From Catajapyx aquilonaris (Eukaryota): a DNA stretch of 34,140 bases. The translations under genes were made by a program, and so were the position numbers. This document shows, one piece after another, positions 1 to 12,120 of the stretch (position 1 is the first letter of the stretch; each line of letters begins with the position of its first letter). Where the stretch lies: assembly GCA_000934665.2 (NCBI GenBank), contig KZ539219.1, forward strand, positions 1 through 34,140. Direction: 5' to 3'. The notes beneath the pieces were generated by a model that was not told where the DNA came from, searched no databases, and was given only the letters and a program-made list of their open reading frames with translations.

Positions 1-832
1 TTCATGCCATGGAAGTAGATAATGTGTCATTTAGTGCCCACGCTTTATTTTTCGTCATGTAGGCCGTATAAGAATATAAGTAAAGCAAGACAATACTAGC
101 TGAATTCCATGGAAAGAATGTCATGAATCTTCTGTTCAGTTCAAGGTAAAAGAGAAAGCTGAAGATTGAGGAAGAAAAATTATTTTCTACTTTTTAGTGC
201 ACTTGGAAATATAAAGCGTGTTCTTAAAAAGGTTTTTTATATATTTTTTTACTACCCAGTACTATAACGTGTGTCTTGCCTCTTGCACAGGTCTATTAAC
301 TCATCCTATAATGATTTTTCTATTATTCATAGGCCCCGTTGTGGCTATTGAATCAGATGGCGAGCAATACCGCTGGGATATAGGCCCTAAAATCTGCTCA
401 CTTATTGACCGAGTCAACGCCTCCAGTGTACAAATACAAATAAATGTCCTTCTAGACCTGAGTATTAAATTGAAACATTTTTATTTCATTTATTATTATT
501 CATTTCATTCCAAATAATCGGAAAGTTTCTGCGGGAGATCCAGCTTGTATTTGTGGAAGCCCCAAATTGCTGAATCCACAAGATACATCTTTCCTTATCA
601 GGGTGTCAGCTGGGGGCAGTTTTGCTCGAATCAAAGATGTTGATCATTTCCAGAGCATGGAGCAAGGTGCGCACATCTTCTTCACCAGACACCACCTGCA
701 GGTCTTGCTCACATGTAGCGTCCATTCATCTTCCATGGTTCCTCACCAACAGACATGAACAGACATCACCGATCCCTCAACTAAATGGACACTGTCATCA
801 TGGGGTTCTTGAGAGGCAGGCAGGGTTTTGTC

Positions 833-1222
833 TGAATAAATGAAAATGAACAAGTGTACCTTTGTTGAAATTACTCCCATTGTTGCGTGATGGCATCTGC
901 ATGGTCATTTTAAACGTAATTTGAGGGTTGTGTGTTCTAGCATCACTGTCCGCATTGTGACGGCGTAGATGTGGGTGTTGCGTGATGCGGGTGTGGCAAA
1001 GCCACAATAACGTTCGTTGGCCTGCGGCGCCACAAGGCGGACAGTACCTAAATGTTGCGGATACAGAAACCCACAATAAGCGCCCAGCTCCGCTATCGCT
1101 CCGCAAAAACTAAAAATATCACGCACAGGCGACGTACCGTGCCTGGCGGGGCCACAAAACGGACAGTACTGGTCGGTACTGGTACGGTCACTCCAACGCC
1201 TCACAGACAACACCAACACAAT
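833..1222 (-). mobile_element. Truncated copy of the 17917-18972 TIR element
   Basis: Closely matches the reverse complement of ~18446-18826, for example the shared core TGTTGCGGATACAGAAACCCACAATAAGCGCCCAGCTCCGCTATCGCTCCGC. The duplicated short ORFs in the track (1052..1249 vs 18124..18606) come from this match. Confidence 0.85.
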
Positions 1223-1789
1223 AAGCAGTGGAATATATGTTTTGAGTAATCAACAATAATAAGATGCCTTTTTACGGAAACACTTAGGCTATACTTATTG
1301 AAGATTATCCAGAATACGCAGCAGGGAACATACTATACCTGGTGGCGAGGTCTGCAATAGAACGAACTCAAGTCATGCGTACGTTCGAAATCGCCCAGAA
1401 CGAGATTGTTTGTTGCTGTCTTGTTTGTACGTAATCAAGGCAACGTATACGGCCGAGGGGGGCGGGCAATTCTTGGTGCCAAAATCGGGTAGTGACCGGA
1501 AATACGCGACCCTATAGCATGTATATTGTACATGGATGTGATTTTGCATTTAAAGCAAATGCAACATTCTCTTCATCTTTTTGTGCCACGCAGTACCGTT
1601 GTACGTTGTACCCCCTTCTCCCAAATATTGCCATGGTAATTCATGTGAAAATTAATAAATATACATACATACATCATACATCACGGCATTAACCCGTGGA
1701 GGGGTAGCCAGCAATGGCAGGTGACGTAGCACCAAGCCATCTCGTTTAACCGATGATAATGTATTCTCCGGTGACTGGTCAGGTATGAT

Positions 1790-2094
1790 AATAATAATTA
1801 ATAATTGTGGGTTAGTGCTCACCCTTGCGGGCATCAGCACAGCCTTTATTCAAGATGGTACAATTTGGAACCTTTTTTCGCGATAACGCCCGGGCCCACT
1901 GCCGGGATGACAGGAGGGGATGTGCAAGTGTGGTGCGATGCTGTACGAGGTCATTTTGTGAACTCCCCCGGGTGGATGTGCCTATTGGATATTCCACCCA
2001 GAAACGAGGCCAGAGACGACCCGCACTCTGGACGGGATGAAGGGGGTGTCCCCGGGCGGGATTTGATCCCGGGACCTTAACATCCGTCTCCCCC
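1790..2094 (-). mobile_element. Probable tRNA-derived SINE, 5' degenerate
   Basis: The minus strand has a B-box-like GGGATCAAATCCCG near its 5' end (~2060-2073) and ends in AATAAAGGCTG... followed by an (ATT)n-type tail at ~1790-1806. Confidence 0.5.
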
Positions 2095-2914
2095 AATGTG
2101 AAAATTGCTAACTCTTATTGCCCATCACATATGGGCATTTAAAAAGCAAACACAATCATTCAACACAAGCCTTTTTGCACGGAGGGCAGACAGTTGACAG
2201 GAAAGTTCAATAGTACACTATTGTTTTGTTGTTTTTTCAAATGGACGTGTCAACTTTTCTGTCAATTTTCATGAAATTTTTTTTCAGTGTTGAGCGGCAA
2301 CCAGACCTACGACACTAACCAGGAACATCACTTGCTTTGCTGGACCTCAACTTGTGGCTATCTCCTTAAATGTGCACGGCTGAACAAAAACACAATGAGG
2401 TTCCATGACATCTTCAACCTTACTTTCTTGGGACATTTTTTTTAAAATAAAAAAAAGTCGAATTTCCATCTATACTCACTTTAATGTCATTGAATATGGC
2501 ACACAGTACAGTACATTCATGCTAATGAACACTAATTGATTACCCAAAAGGGTAGACCAGGCCTCTCCTCTACTACTACTACTACTCACACAGATTCAAT
2601 CTTCATTCTCCTTTGCTATCCAGTTCTTTTCCCTTCCTCAGCTTCTTCAACCAACTTTACACAGAAAATAATACATCCGACCGCACATCAAGCACTCTCA
2701 GGGTGTCCACCACTTTCTGCACATCTTAAATGCTCGACACTCAAAAGGCCCCAACCTTGGCCCCAACTGTTTCGTCTGCAGTATACAACCAGTTCACACA
2801 TCAGGTAACAAGATTGTAAACCAGTTCCAGAATGGTATCTAACCAGTCCTAATCAGTCCGGGTCACCTGGATGATGCTGAATGAATCTGCTAGACATTCA
2901 CTTTCTTACCATAT

Positions 2915-3030
2915 CCTCCTGAGACCTGATGTCCAATATATTGGACATCAGAAAAAAAAGGCGTCAATTTCTGTTGACACCTTTTTATTTTTGCTGATGT
3001 CCAATATATTGGACATCAGGTCTCAGGAGG
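2915..3030. mobile_element. 116-bp foldback MITE, piggyBac-like ends, ATAT target duplication
   Basis: Perfect terminal inverted repeat CCTCCTGAGACCTGATGTCCAATATATTGGACATCAG at both ends. ATAT flanks at 2911-2914 and 3031-3034. Confidence 0.8.
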
Positions 3031-3546
3031 ATATGCCACATTTGGACACCCTCAGATATGATAACCATGCTCGTTCTTAACTCAAGGGGGAAATAAGCAG
3101 ATCAGTCATGAGTCTCATTAGTGGAGTTTATTACCTGGAGAATTTATCTCCTTAAATAATGGAAATCCATTACTTTTAACAGAGCATTTGAATTCAGCAT
3201 AATCGATGATATGAGTGTGCACATGCGATTCATTGTAAATAGATAGAGGTTATAAATTTTGAATAGGAAAAGAAAGCTAATCAAATAGGCAAGCCATCAT
3301 AGAGCACTGGATTAGTACTGCCCATTCAGCAGCATTGACCTTTCTGATTGATTGCAATGCAGGGATGGGATGTTGGTAGGAGTCATCTCATCCAAGGCAA
3401 GCAATAAGGACCCTATGGCAAACTGAGCCCATGGACTGATTCCTGGACTGAAAAGGTTAATCCTCCATCAATTACCCCCCATCCTGCCAGTATCTAGCAC
3501 ACTTGACTAAGGCAATGTCGTGTGGACAGAATCTTGAACAACTCAA

Positions 3547-5876
3547 TCACATTTCTCCTGTGTGCGTTCTAGCATGCCTTTTCAAACCTTCTGACCCACT
3601 GAACCTTTTCCTGCAAATCTGGCAACCATATGGCTTCTCACCTGTGTGGGTCCTCATGTGGACATTCAAATTACTTACCAGACTAAAATTTCTCTTGCAA
3701 ATTATGCAACTGAATGGCTTCTCCCCTGTGTGGGTTCTCATATGCTTATTCAAACTTCCTGATTCATTAAACTTTCTCTTGCAAATCTGGCAACTGTATG
3801 GCTTCTCGCCTGTGTGGGTTCTCAGGTGCTTATTCAAATGTTGTGACTGACGAAACCTTTTCTTGCAAACCTGGCAACTGAATGGCTTCTCCCCCGTGTG
3901 AGTTCTCATGTGTTTAGTCAAATTTGCCGACTCACGAAACTTTTTCTTGCAAACCTGGCAACTGAATTCCTTCTCCCCTGTGTGAACCTTCATGTGTAAA
4001 TTCAAATGTCCTGACTGACTGAACCTTTTCTTGCAAATTATGCAACTGAAAGGCTTCTCCCCTGTGTGGGTTCTCATGTGACTCCGTAACCGTCCCATAA
4101 CGACAAACCTTTTATTACAAACCTGACACCCAAATGGCTGTTCACCTGTGTGGCTTTTCATGTGCGCCAACAGAGATGATGTGTAACTAAACCTCTTCTT
4201 GCAAATCAGGCAACTGTAAGGCTTCTTCTCCCCAGTGTGCACCCGCATGTGGCTATTCAAACTTCCTGCCTCACGAAACTTTCTCTCGCAAACCTCACAG
4301 CTAATCAAGTTCTCCCCCGTGTGGGTCCTCATGTGTACCTTCAAACTTCCTGACTGATTGAACTTTCCCTTGCAAATTATGCAACTGAATGGCTTCTCCC
4401 CTGTGTGGGTCCTCATGTGTTTAATCAAATTTCCTGTATGACTAAACTTTCTCTCACAAACCTCACAGCTAAATGGCTTCTCCCCTGTATGGGTCCTCAT
4501 GTGGCTAGTCACAGCATGGGCGTGCCTAAACCTTCTGTTGCAAACCTTGCAGCTGAACGGCTTTTCTTGGGAATGGATTCTCATATGCCTCTTCAAGTCA
4601 TGAAATTTCCTCTTGCAAATGTGACAACAATTACCCCCCAAGTGCTTGCTCCTCTTCTTCTCTTGGGCACTTTTTTTCTGAAATTAATGACAGCTCATAA
4701 ATGCAGGTGTATATGAAAGGAACATGTTGGGCTGGGGATGCTTGCCATGCATATTTGACATCTACAGGGTGTTTCCTGCAACTCTGTAAAGACTTGCAGT
4801 GGTAATCGAGGGGACTAATACAAGTATACAGGGTGTAAATGAATTCAATCGACAAACTTGTAGGGGTAATAGAGGTGACCAAGACAAGTATTTTTTACAT
4901 AGTAACCCGTGTCCGGAAACGCCATCTAGAGGGGTTCATAGACGAGGAACGGGTGCGCTCAGACGCATCACACGGGAGGTGCTAACGAGCGGACCGTTTA
5001 ATCGCTAGGGGGCGCGGATAGTAAACAATGGCGCAATTCACAATAACCTGGCAACAACAGACCCACCTAGCAACTCAAGCCCGCATTCTAGGTAATGTAC
5101 AGAAAACGAGAGAACGATCTGAAGTCATGGGTTCTTCCATTGTCGCTTTTTGTTGAGACTCAACCATCCAAGAAAGTCATTTGATATAATTATGTGCATT
5201 TGAAAGTTAATTTTACGCTCTGTGGAGTCTACAACATGGTCATAATCATTCGCAATAAATACAAACATTATACATCAAAGATGACAGCCAAAATTTTCAT
5301 TTTTATATCGATCAATATCAAGTCAATATTCGACCCATATGGTTTCTTTTGAATGGCACTTTAAAATGACACGACTGAGCAAATTTACTTGAAATTTCCG
5401 CAAACTCCGGAGAACTTCTTTTATGTATAATTATGTCAAATATGAAAACATTTTAAGTGCCAGATGTGTCCTGTAAATGTAGTCACCTCACCCTGCTTTG
5501 AAATGTTCATGTCACATATGACAAGACAGCCAGATTCCAGAATTCTAACTGGGTAGTAATAAACCCCTATGTCAATGACCAATTAAAGAGATAAACTGCA
5601 TTGCGTTGGCAAAGGTCCCCATTTTTAGACCCCCAAGTTTTAGAATTTTCTTTGTCGGATATGGATGACGTATGAAATTGTCCCTTGGCTTACTCTGCAG
5701 CTAAGCTGGTCCTATTTGAAATGGTTCATGCAAATTATCTGTGTCAAACAGTACAAACGACCAGTACAATACACCTTGGTGCGTGTCTGAAGGGTTTCTG
5801 ACTAATCAGCCATACAGAATATGACACATATAACAGTGATTTCTTGACAAAATAAAAGCTGAATAAAAGTAAGAGA

Positions 5877-5927
<51 letters not shown>

Positions 5928-8900
5928 GGAGAGAGAGAGACCAAATGACCTCATATGAGGTCATTGTCATTTTGTCCTTGTTTTGATCAATATTTTAGAA
6001 CTATAATTTTTCCTGCTCATTATTGCCAAAATGTTCAGAAAATGCAACAGGAACTGACATTATGGTACGAAAATCTTCTCGCGTCTCCGAAGGATATTCC
6101 ATTACCTGCAGCTCGGGATTGATGTGTTCCTTCAGCATGTGCCTCTCCAGGTCCCTCTTCGTGGCAAATGCACCATCGCAATGGGCGCAGTAGAGAAGCT
6201 GGTACATCAGGATGAAGGGCTCCAATACCTGCAATGAGAAGATGAAAAATACTCCTCACATACAAATTATTGAAAATTATTGAAAATGTGCAAAGTTCGT
6301 ACACAGTTAAAATTAGTTGCTTCCATGGGATGGCCTTTAACATTTATTTCCAAGCTCACCTATGTCAGCAGAGATTGTTCATGTGTGTACAACATGCCAA
6401 ACGCTGCCACAATGGCATGATGTGATTGAAAGTCTCATTTTTATGACAAGTGTTACCTTAGCTTTAACCTTAAATATTCATTCGCGACATTTTCAGAATG
6501 GTGTCCAAGATCACCCGAGCAGCCAACCGGGCATAAACCCTAGAGGTAGTTTTGGACATTTTTGTGGGTAACGAACCAACGCAATGTTTGTTCTAATTTT
6601 TCTGACTTTCATTCGCGATTTGCCATGATTGTGGAAAACTTATGACGATTATTTTTTTCCCCATTCAGTTACATTAGGAGTACCACATTTTGCCATCATT
6701 CCAACACAAGCAGATCATTCCATAGCGCCAGAAGAGCCAAAACAAAGATGGTAAAGGTTTTGAGACACCCATTTCTGCACTGGGTTACATTGCGTCGTAA
6801 CTCTTTGAATCATAAATGGCAATGCTCATAGAGCACACCGAAAGGCACGTGTCCCCTCAGATACCACAGACCATGGGGCCGCACAGTTGAAAGTCTGAGC
6901 AGCTGGTGCCGAAGAACAGCAAACACTGGGCAATTTTACAGTTGGCATTGTTTAGTCAATATGTCGAGCATCCGATGCGTGATGAAATGTGGGATTCAAC
7001 ATGTCAGCTCTATCATAAAAATGCAATTTCTTATAAATTCGTCATAATTTTCTGTAAATACAGACACATGTAATGATGCTAGTCACGTCATGACTAAGTT
7101 ATGTTCGAGCATTTAAAAAACTGTTGCATTTTGGAGGTTTTCATATGTTGTAATTTCGGATAATAAAGGACTCTCTGCTTGCACTTTCTTCCACACAAAC
7201 CTGCATTCAACACAAGGTGTTTGTTGGCGGAGGATCTCTACACTAGAGGCTATTACAGTTGAATCCGGATATAACAGACTTCAAGGGACCGCAGATTTAT
7301 TTTAATTTTTTAATAACCGAGGTCTGTTATAGCCTAATCGCCACTTTTCCAACGAATATGCAAAGTTTTCTGTTTTCCACATGCTTACGCACAGTACACA
7401 CTACTGCATGCTGACTAATGAAACTACCTGCAACAATGCAAAATTAGCTCACCCGTAACTTAGGCAGGACCCCAAAAAAATTGGTCCATTTCTTTGCCGC
7501 CTCCTTCTTGCCAAATATAACAGAAAAATAATGACTTTGGCCTTTCCAGCAAGTGCTAGATCAGTGACAGGTGGGAAAATCACCCCCGCTCCAGTATGCA
7601 GTGCTTATTTCCTTGCGTGAGAAAGGAAGCTGAGTAATCAAAAAGCAGCATATTTTCCCACTGAGGGGCCAATAAATGGACTGTTATAGTCGAGAGGTGA
7701 AAATGAGCCTGTTATAACAGGAGTGAAAATAACATACGGCCTTATGGAAGTTTGCTGAGACTGGCCCTTTCCAGTCTGTTATGATTCGAGTCAGGATTTT
7801 TAGGGGTGAAAAACCCATGAACTAAGCACAAAAAACCTTGAAATAGGCACTTTTGAAAATAGGCATGAAAAATTCTCAAACAGGCCCAAATATTTTACTT
7901 TTGCGGGCGTACGGACGATTATGTAACAGAAAAACAAAAGAGAGACTAATTTTATAGGCCTAAAGTACAAATATAAGGTCACAAATCAGCAAAAATCAAA
8001 TAACAACGATAAATGAACAGAAAAGTACTGTTTAGAGCCTGTTTCCACTTGCACAGTCCTTCCAAAAAATGTTCTAGATTTTAATTAGTGAAACTAATTA
8101 CTTCTGAACTATTTTGGTCCTTTCAGGAGAAACAACAGATACTCTGTAAAAAAAAACAAAAAAACATGCCTTTGAAGGAATAGGTCCGGAATAGGCCCAA
8201 TAAGTCCCGAAATGGCTTCAAATAGTTCAGAACCTATCCCAAAAAAAGGCAGAATAGCAATAAAAAGCCAGAACAGACAAACTCGTCTCCAAAACCACGA
8301 TGTGGGTCATTTTAGGCACAAGAAAACTTAGCATTTCCTCATGGATAGGGGTGAAATTTTTTGTTGCACTACTAATTACTGCTAATTTAGCAGCACCATT
8401 GCACTACACTGGTACTGCTGAGTTAGAAGTAGCTAGTAGTGTGACGAAAATTCCACCCTAGCTCTCTTCATAAAACCATCCCAACATTTAACCCAGGAAC
8501 CGTTCCGCGCCTGAAAGTTACGGCAACCGTGCCGTGCACTCTTTTAGGACCCCAAGCCTTATTTTAATTTTTATTAATTTTAAGGCCGGCATGGTGGTCT
8601 AGCGACTACGCCGTTGGCCAGCGAAGCGGGAGGCCGGGGTTAAAATCCCGTCCCCGTCACCTCAGCTTTTTCCGCTTTTCACCCGACATGCCGGGGCAGA
8701 TTTGCACTCCCTATCTGCCCGGGGCCAGGAGAAAAGGCCTGGTGTTTTTCACCAGTCAGAAATGACTCATAAATTACAGCGCCCTTCCTAGGGAACCTCC
8801 CCCTTCCCCCCGAAGAGAGCCACTGGCTCTATCACAATGTAAAAATAATAATAATAATAATAAATGAATAATTAATTAATTTTTATATAATACTTTTCAA

Positions 8901-11295
8901 TGTATCGTATTATATAAAAATTAATTAATTATTTATATTTTAGTACTAGCAGGGTACCCGGCGTTGCTCGGGTTATGAAAGACTTTTCCATGTAGGTCAT
9001 TGATTTGGTAGTAACCTTTGAAATAATTATGGCTATACAATGTTGGCATATCTGTTACATGGAGCATATTGCATGACTGTGCATGAAGTCCAAACACCAA
9101 ACTGTGGATGTCAGATTGTAAGAGAGAGTACACTTAATCCTTAAAAATCCAGCAAAAGTCATGAAAAATGGAAGGTTTTGAAGTAAATGTAGAATAGCAT
9201 TGAAAGACTGGCACCTCTCTTAGTCATTCCCCAACCCCAAAATGGCCAATCTGGCCTGGATGACTGTGCCAGCAGGCAGCTATGGGGTCGCTGGAGAACT
9301 CAAGGCCCACCACCACGTTAAGGTTAAGGCGGCGCATTAGTAAAAATATGGTTGGTGCATTTTTGAGGGAATTTTAAATTTTTGTAGCGAAATGCACCGT
9401 TAATCGGGAAAATCACGAAGATGGTGCCCTGGGCCCTGCGCAAAGGTTAGGCCTTTACTATATGGAACCATACTCGATATGATTGCATTAAAATTGTGGA
9501 CATATGGACGCAGAAGCGTTCCCGACTTTGTCGCGTTTCCTACCGCATGTTATTCAAATGGACTTTTGGGGAACGCCATTTTCCTCTCACTTTAACTCGA
9601 TGAAAAGGTCACTTCTAGGCCGAAAATGATCAAATGACCCGAAGGTGCCCTGCGCCTGATCATGTCCTATTTTTTGGTGCAATTTCTGTGTCCATTGCAC
9701 CATTTTCGCGCCCGTACGGCCGCAGAAGCGTAGACATGTCGTATCCCCATAATTATGCTGCCCATGCGTAAGCGAGTTTGTTTAGGTCGTCTCCAAGGGC
9801 TTCATTGTTGCGTTTTTTTTTTGCTAATGCGCCGGGGTAGATTATGGAACTGCTTGTAGACCGCGATGGAATGTCGTTGCCGTGGGAACGTGTTTTTTTT
9901 GTTGTGTTTGTAATGTAATGAAATATGGACAGTTAATTATTACGGAACGGGGTTGGTGGGGGGGAGTGGGAGGGTGGGTGCATGGGACAGGAGGGGGGGG
10001 GGGAGGGGGAGGTGAGAGGGGGTGATTCAAGGCCTTGGGCATTCAGTGGTTGCCTCGGTAACCCGAGACAGGTGATGTTTACAGCCAATGACTCATTATT
10101 AGAAGAGTGTTCCAAAGTCCTTTTCGCCTCCTGTGGCCAAGGATGACCTCGGAGGTGAATTCCAATGTGCCCATGTTACTCCCGGAAAAAAACTACCCCT
10201 GGTGATACCCCTGGGGCATATGTGGAGGCCTCCGTATGGATCTGTTTAGGTGACAGACATCCAGACATAGGTCTTGAAATATGTATTAGATTTAGTTATA
10301 TTAGTTATATTATATTATATATATTATCTTTATATTATCTTTATATTTATATATATTAGTTATAGTTATATTTTAGTATTTAGTTTTAGTATTTTTATTA
10401 TATATTTTTTTACGTTACCCCGCGCTAGGGCCATGGGCCCTTATAGGGGGGTGGATTACCACCATTTTCCTTCAATTTTCTTATTATTTTCTTCTAACAC
10501 CGGTGCAAGGATGAAAGGACGAGAGGTAAGGATAGGGATTTTTGGGGAGGGAACATGGGTGCAAGTGCACATCTGAAAATGTATCTTCTATATAGAATCA
10601 TTATTTGAACAATGCCTAAAAGCATCGATAATTCAAAATAAAAATGCACTTCCTGTTATATAGGCATACTTTAAAAAAAATGGCAAACAATTCATTGTAA
10701 TTGTAATTTTAATTCATTTTAATTCCTTCAAGGTCCGAAAAGACCCCACGGTACGGTTCCAGGGCTAAGGAACTAAATAGGCATTTGCCTAGAAATGTGG
10801 GCTTTAGTTATTAGCCAAAGTCCGATATTTTTTATAATCACCTAAAGGTGATTAAAGGGTCATCACGGATTACTAAAAATTTTAAAGTTATAATTTTTAG
10901 TAATCCGTGATGACCCTTACGGGTATTTAGGGGGGAAAAGTCAGTTACAGCCGAGGCTGTTATATTGCGTTATTCTCAGGCACGTAACCCGTAGACTGGG
11001 GGCTTCCTGCTTTACAAACCACTTCCATCAAACATTTTAATGCAGCTCAACAGGCTCAACATGCGAACAGGTCTTCTTTTCTCACCTGGTTCTCCCTTCC
11101 TCCTCCTTCCCCACCACCATTCCCACCCTCTTCCTCCTGGACGACCCTTCCTGTGCCCTCCTCTGGCTCCTCCACCTTGACCCTGTCCCACCTGGAGTGA
11201 GTGAAGCTGTGCGCCAACAGGTCAATCTTCCTCTTGAAGACGACGTTGTTGGGGCACTGGGGACAGGGGAACCTGCCCAACTTAAGGATGTCCAT
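3547..11295 (-). CDS. Multi-C2H2 zinc-finger protein, ~487 aa; proposed exons 11295-11086, 6228-6106, 4677-3547
   Basis: The last exon encodes 13 tandem C2H2 fingers with TGEKP-type linkers. Exon 1 (MDILK...CPQC...H...H...ENQ|gtgag) and exon 2 (ttgcag|VLEP...CAHC...H...H...LQ|gtaat) each carry one isolated finger-like motif. All junctions are GT-AG and phase 0; the last acceptor is tttcag at 4678. AATAAA lies on the minus strand at 3127-3132. The finger exon is certain, while the exon joining is inferred. Confidence 0.8.
3550..4630 (-). repeat. 84-bp zinc-finger coding tandem array (13 units)
   Basis: CAACTGAATGGCTTCTCCCCTGTGTGGGT-like sequence recurs with ~84-nt period on the + strand. Confidence 0.95.
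5881..5940. repeat. (GA)n microsatellite
   Basis: About 30 GA units with two interruptions. Confidence 0.97.
7256..7790. mobile_element. Degenerate pogo/Tigger-like MITE
   Basis: Left end TA|CAGTTGAATCCGGATATAACAGACT. Degenerate right end AGTCTGTTATGATTCGAG near 7773-7790. Internal repeated CTGTTATA subterminal motifs. Confidence 0.5.
8584..8864 (+). mobile_element. tRNA-derived SINE
   Basis: 5' GGCCGGCATGGTGGTCTAGCG (A-box) and GGGTTAAAATCCC (B-box-like), an unrelated body, and an (AAT)n tail at 8841-8864. Inserted in AT-rich DNA. Confidence 0.75.
8944..8973 (+). mobile_element. Helitron/Helentron-like terminal motif (other end not identified)
   Basis: TACTAGC followed by the hairpin ACCCGGCGTTGCTCGGGT, resembling subterminal palindromes of non-autonomous rolling-circle elements in invertebrates. 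Confidence 0.35.
9330..9834. mobile_element. Non-autonomous TIR element
   Basis: Inverted ends CGGCGCATTAGTAAAAA and TTTTTGCTAATGCGCCG. The left side is preceded by TTAAGG (Kolobok-like); the right flank does not match. Confidence 0.55.
10855..10918. repeat. Perfect 27-bp inverted repeat with 10-nt loop
   Basis: AAGGGTCATCACGGATTACTAAAAATT (10855-10881) is exactly complementary to 10892-10918. Confidence 0.95.
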
Positions 11296-11585
11296 GGCTC
11301 CTCCAACAATACCGTGTGTTCCAAGGACCAAACGTTCCGAACGAAGCAGCGGAGAAGAAGAGGGGGCAAAAAAATGCAACTGCCGCTAGCCGAACACAGG
11401 CAGTAGTCCGCTACACACACTTTCCAGTTGCCGTTCTGGAGCGCAGGGAGTAGGCCACGACGACTGTTCCACCCGAGAATCTGAAATAATAATTTTTCTC
11501 CGTTCGATTTTTCTTCGTTTTTTCCCCCGCAATTTTCTCGTCCTTTTCCTCCCTAAGTACTTTTTGAAATGACAAGAGGGTCAGG
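11296..11585. promoter_or_regulatory. Putative bidirectional promoter/5' UTR interval between the ZF gene and the Dim1 pseudogene
   Basis: Divergent ATGs at 11295 (-) and 11586 (+), 290 bp apart. Position-based inference only. Confidence 0.45.
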
Positions 11586-12120
11586 ATGTCGTGTACATGA
11601 TCCCTCACCTCCACAACGGATGGCAGGTCGACCAGGCCATCCTGTCTGAGGGGGACCGCCTGTAATGAGGCTAAGTACTGCGCAAACTGTGTACACTTCA
11701 GGTCATACCGTTTGGACACGAGTGGGATCCAACCTGCATGAAGATGGACGAGGTGCTGTAGGCACTCCATGGAGGAGAAGGTGAAAGAGTTTGCAGTCAT
11801 ATTACCTGGTGGACAGCGGAACCTCGAACAGAATGTACGCCACACTCTTAACGGCACGTAAATGTAGCGTCAACAAGGAGACCCATACCCACACATGTCC
11901 ACAGGTACGAGCTGTATGACCCATGCACAGTCATGTTCTTCATCCGCAACAAGTGCATCATGATAAATCTTGGCACAGGTAACAACAATAAGATCAACTG
12001 GGCACTGGAGGACAAGCAGGAAAATGATCCGACATTGGCAATACCATCTACCGAGGGGCAAGGAAAGGTCGGGGTCTGGTCGTGTCCCCAAACCACTACT
12101 TCACCTAGTACAGACACTGA
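11586..12120 (+). pseudogene. TXNL4A: Unprocessed (intron-retaining) pseudogene of Dim1 / thioredoxin-like 4A (U5 snRNP 15-kDa protein)
   Basis: Pieces translate as MS/YMIPHLHNGWQVDQAILSEGDRL, FGHEWDPTCMKMDEVL*, EKVKEFAVI/YLVD, YELYDPCTVMFFIRNKCIMINLGTGNNNKINWALEDKQE and IYRGARKGRGLVVSP..YFT*YRH*, which is clearly Dim1. Introns lie at ~11662-11701 and 11835-11904. There are several 1-2 nt insertions and two in-frame TAGs. AATAAA at 12171-12176. Confidence 0.93.

Noticed and set aside
60..820. Exon-like pieces at the window start (for example GPVVAIESDGEQYRWDIG)
   Set aside because: No consistent reading frame or recognisable family could be assembled.
798..1249. Duplicated 65-160 aa ORFs here and at 18124-19028 as paralogous genes
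   Set aside because: They arise from two copies of a non-coding repeat, and the frames are not conserved between copies.
6001..6105. Read-through tail making 6001..6234 a stand-alone gene
   Set aside because: It has no ATG start, and a phase-matched donor CAG|GTAAT at 6105 fits an internal exon better. An alternative short terminal isoform cannot be excluded.
7801..8460. hAT-like TAGGGGTGAAA ends at 7801 and 8344-8460
   Set aside because: Weak inverted match and no target-site duplication, so boundaries cannot be supported.
8584..8660. Second tRNA gene
   Set aside because: The B-box is degenerate, there is no clean cloverleaf, and it continues into a body and (AAT)n tail; it is a SINE head.
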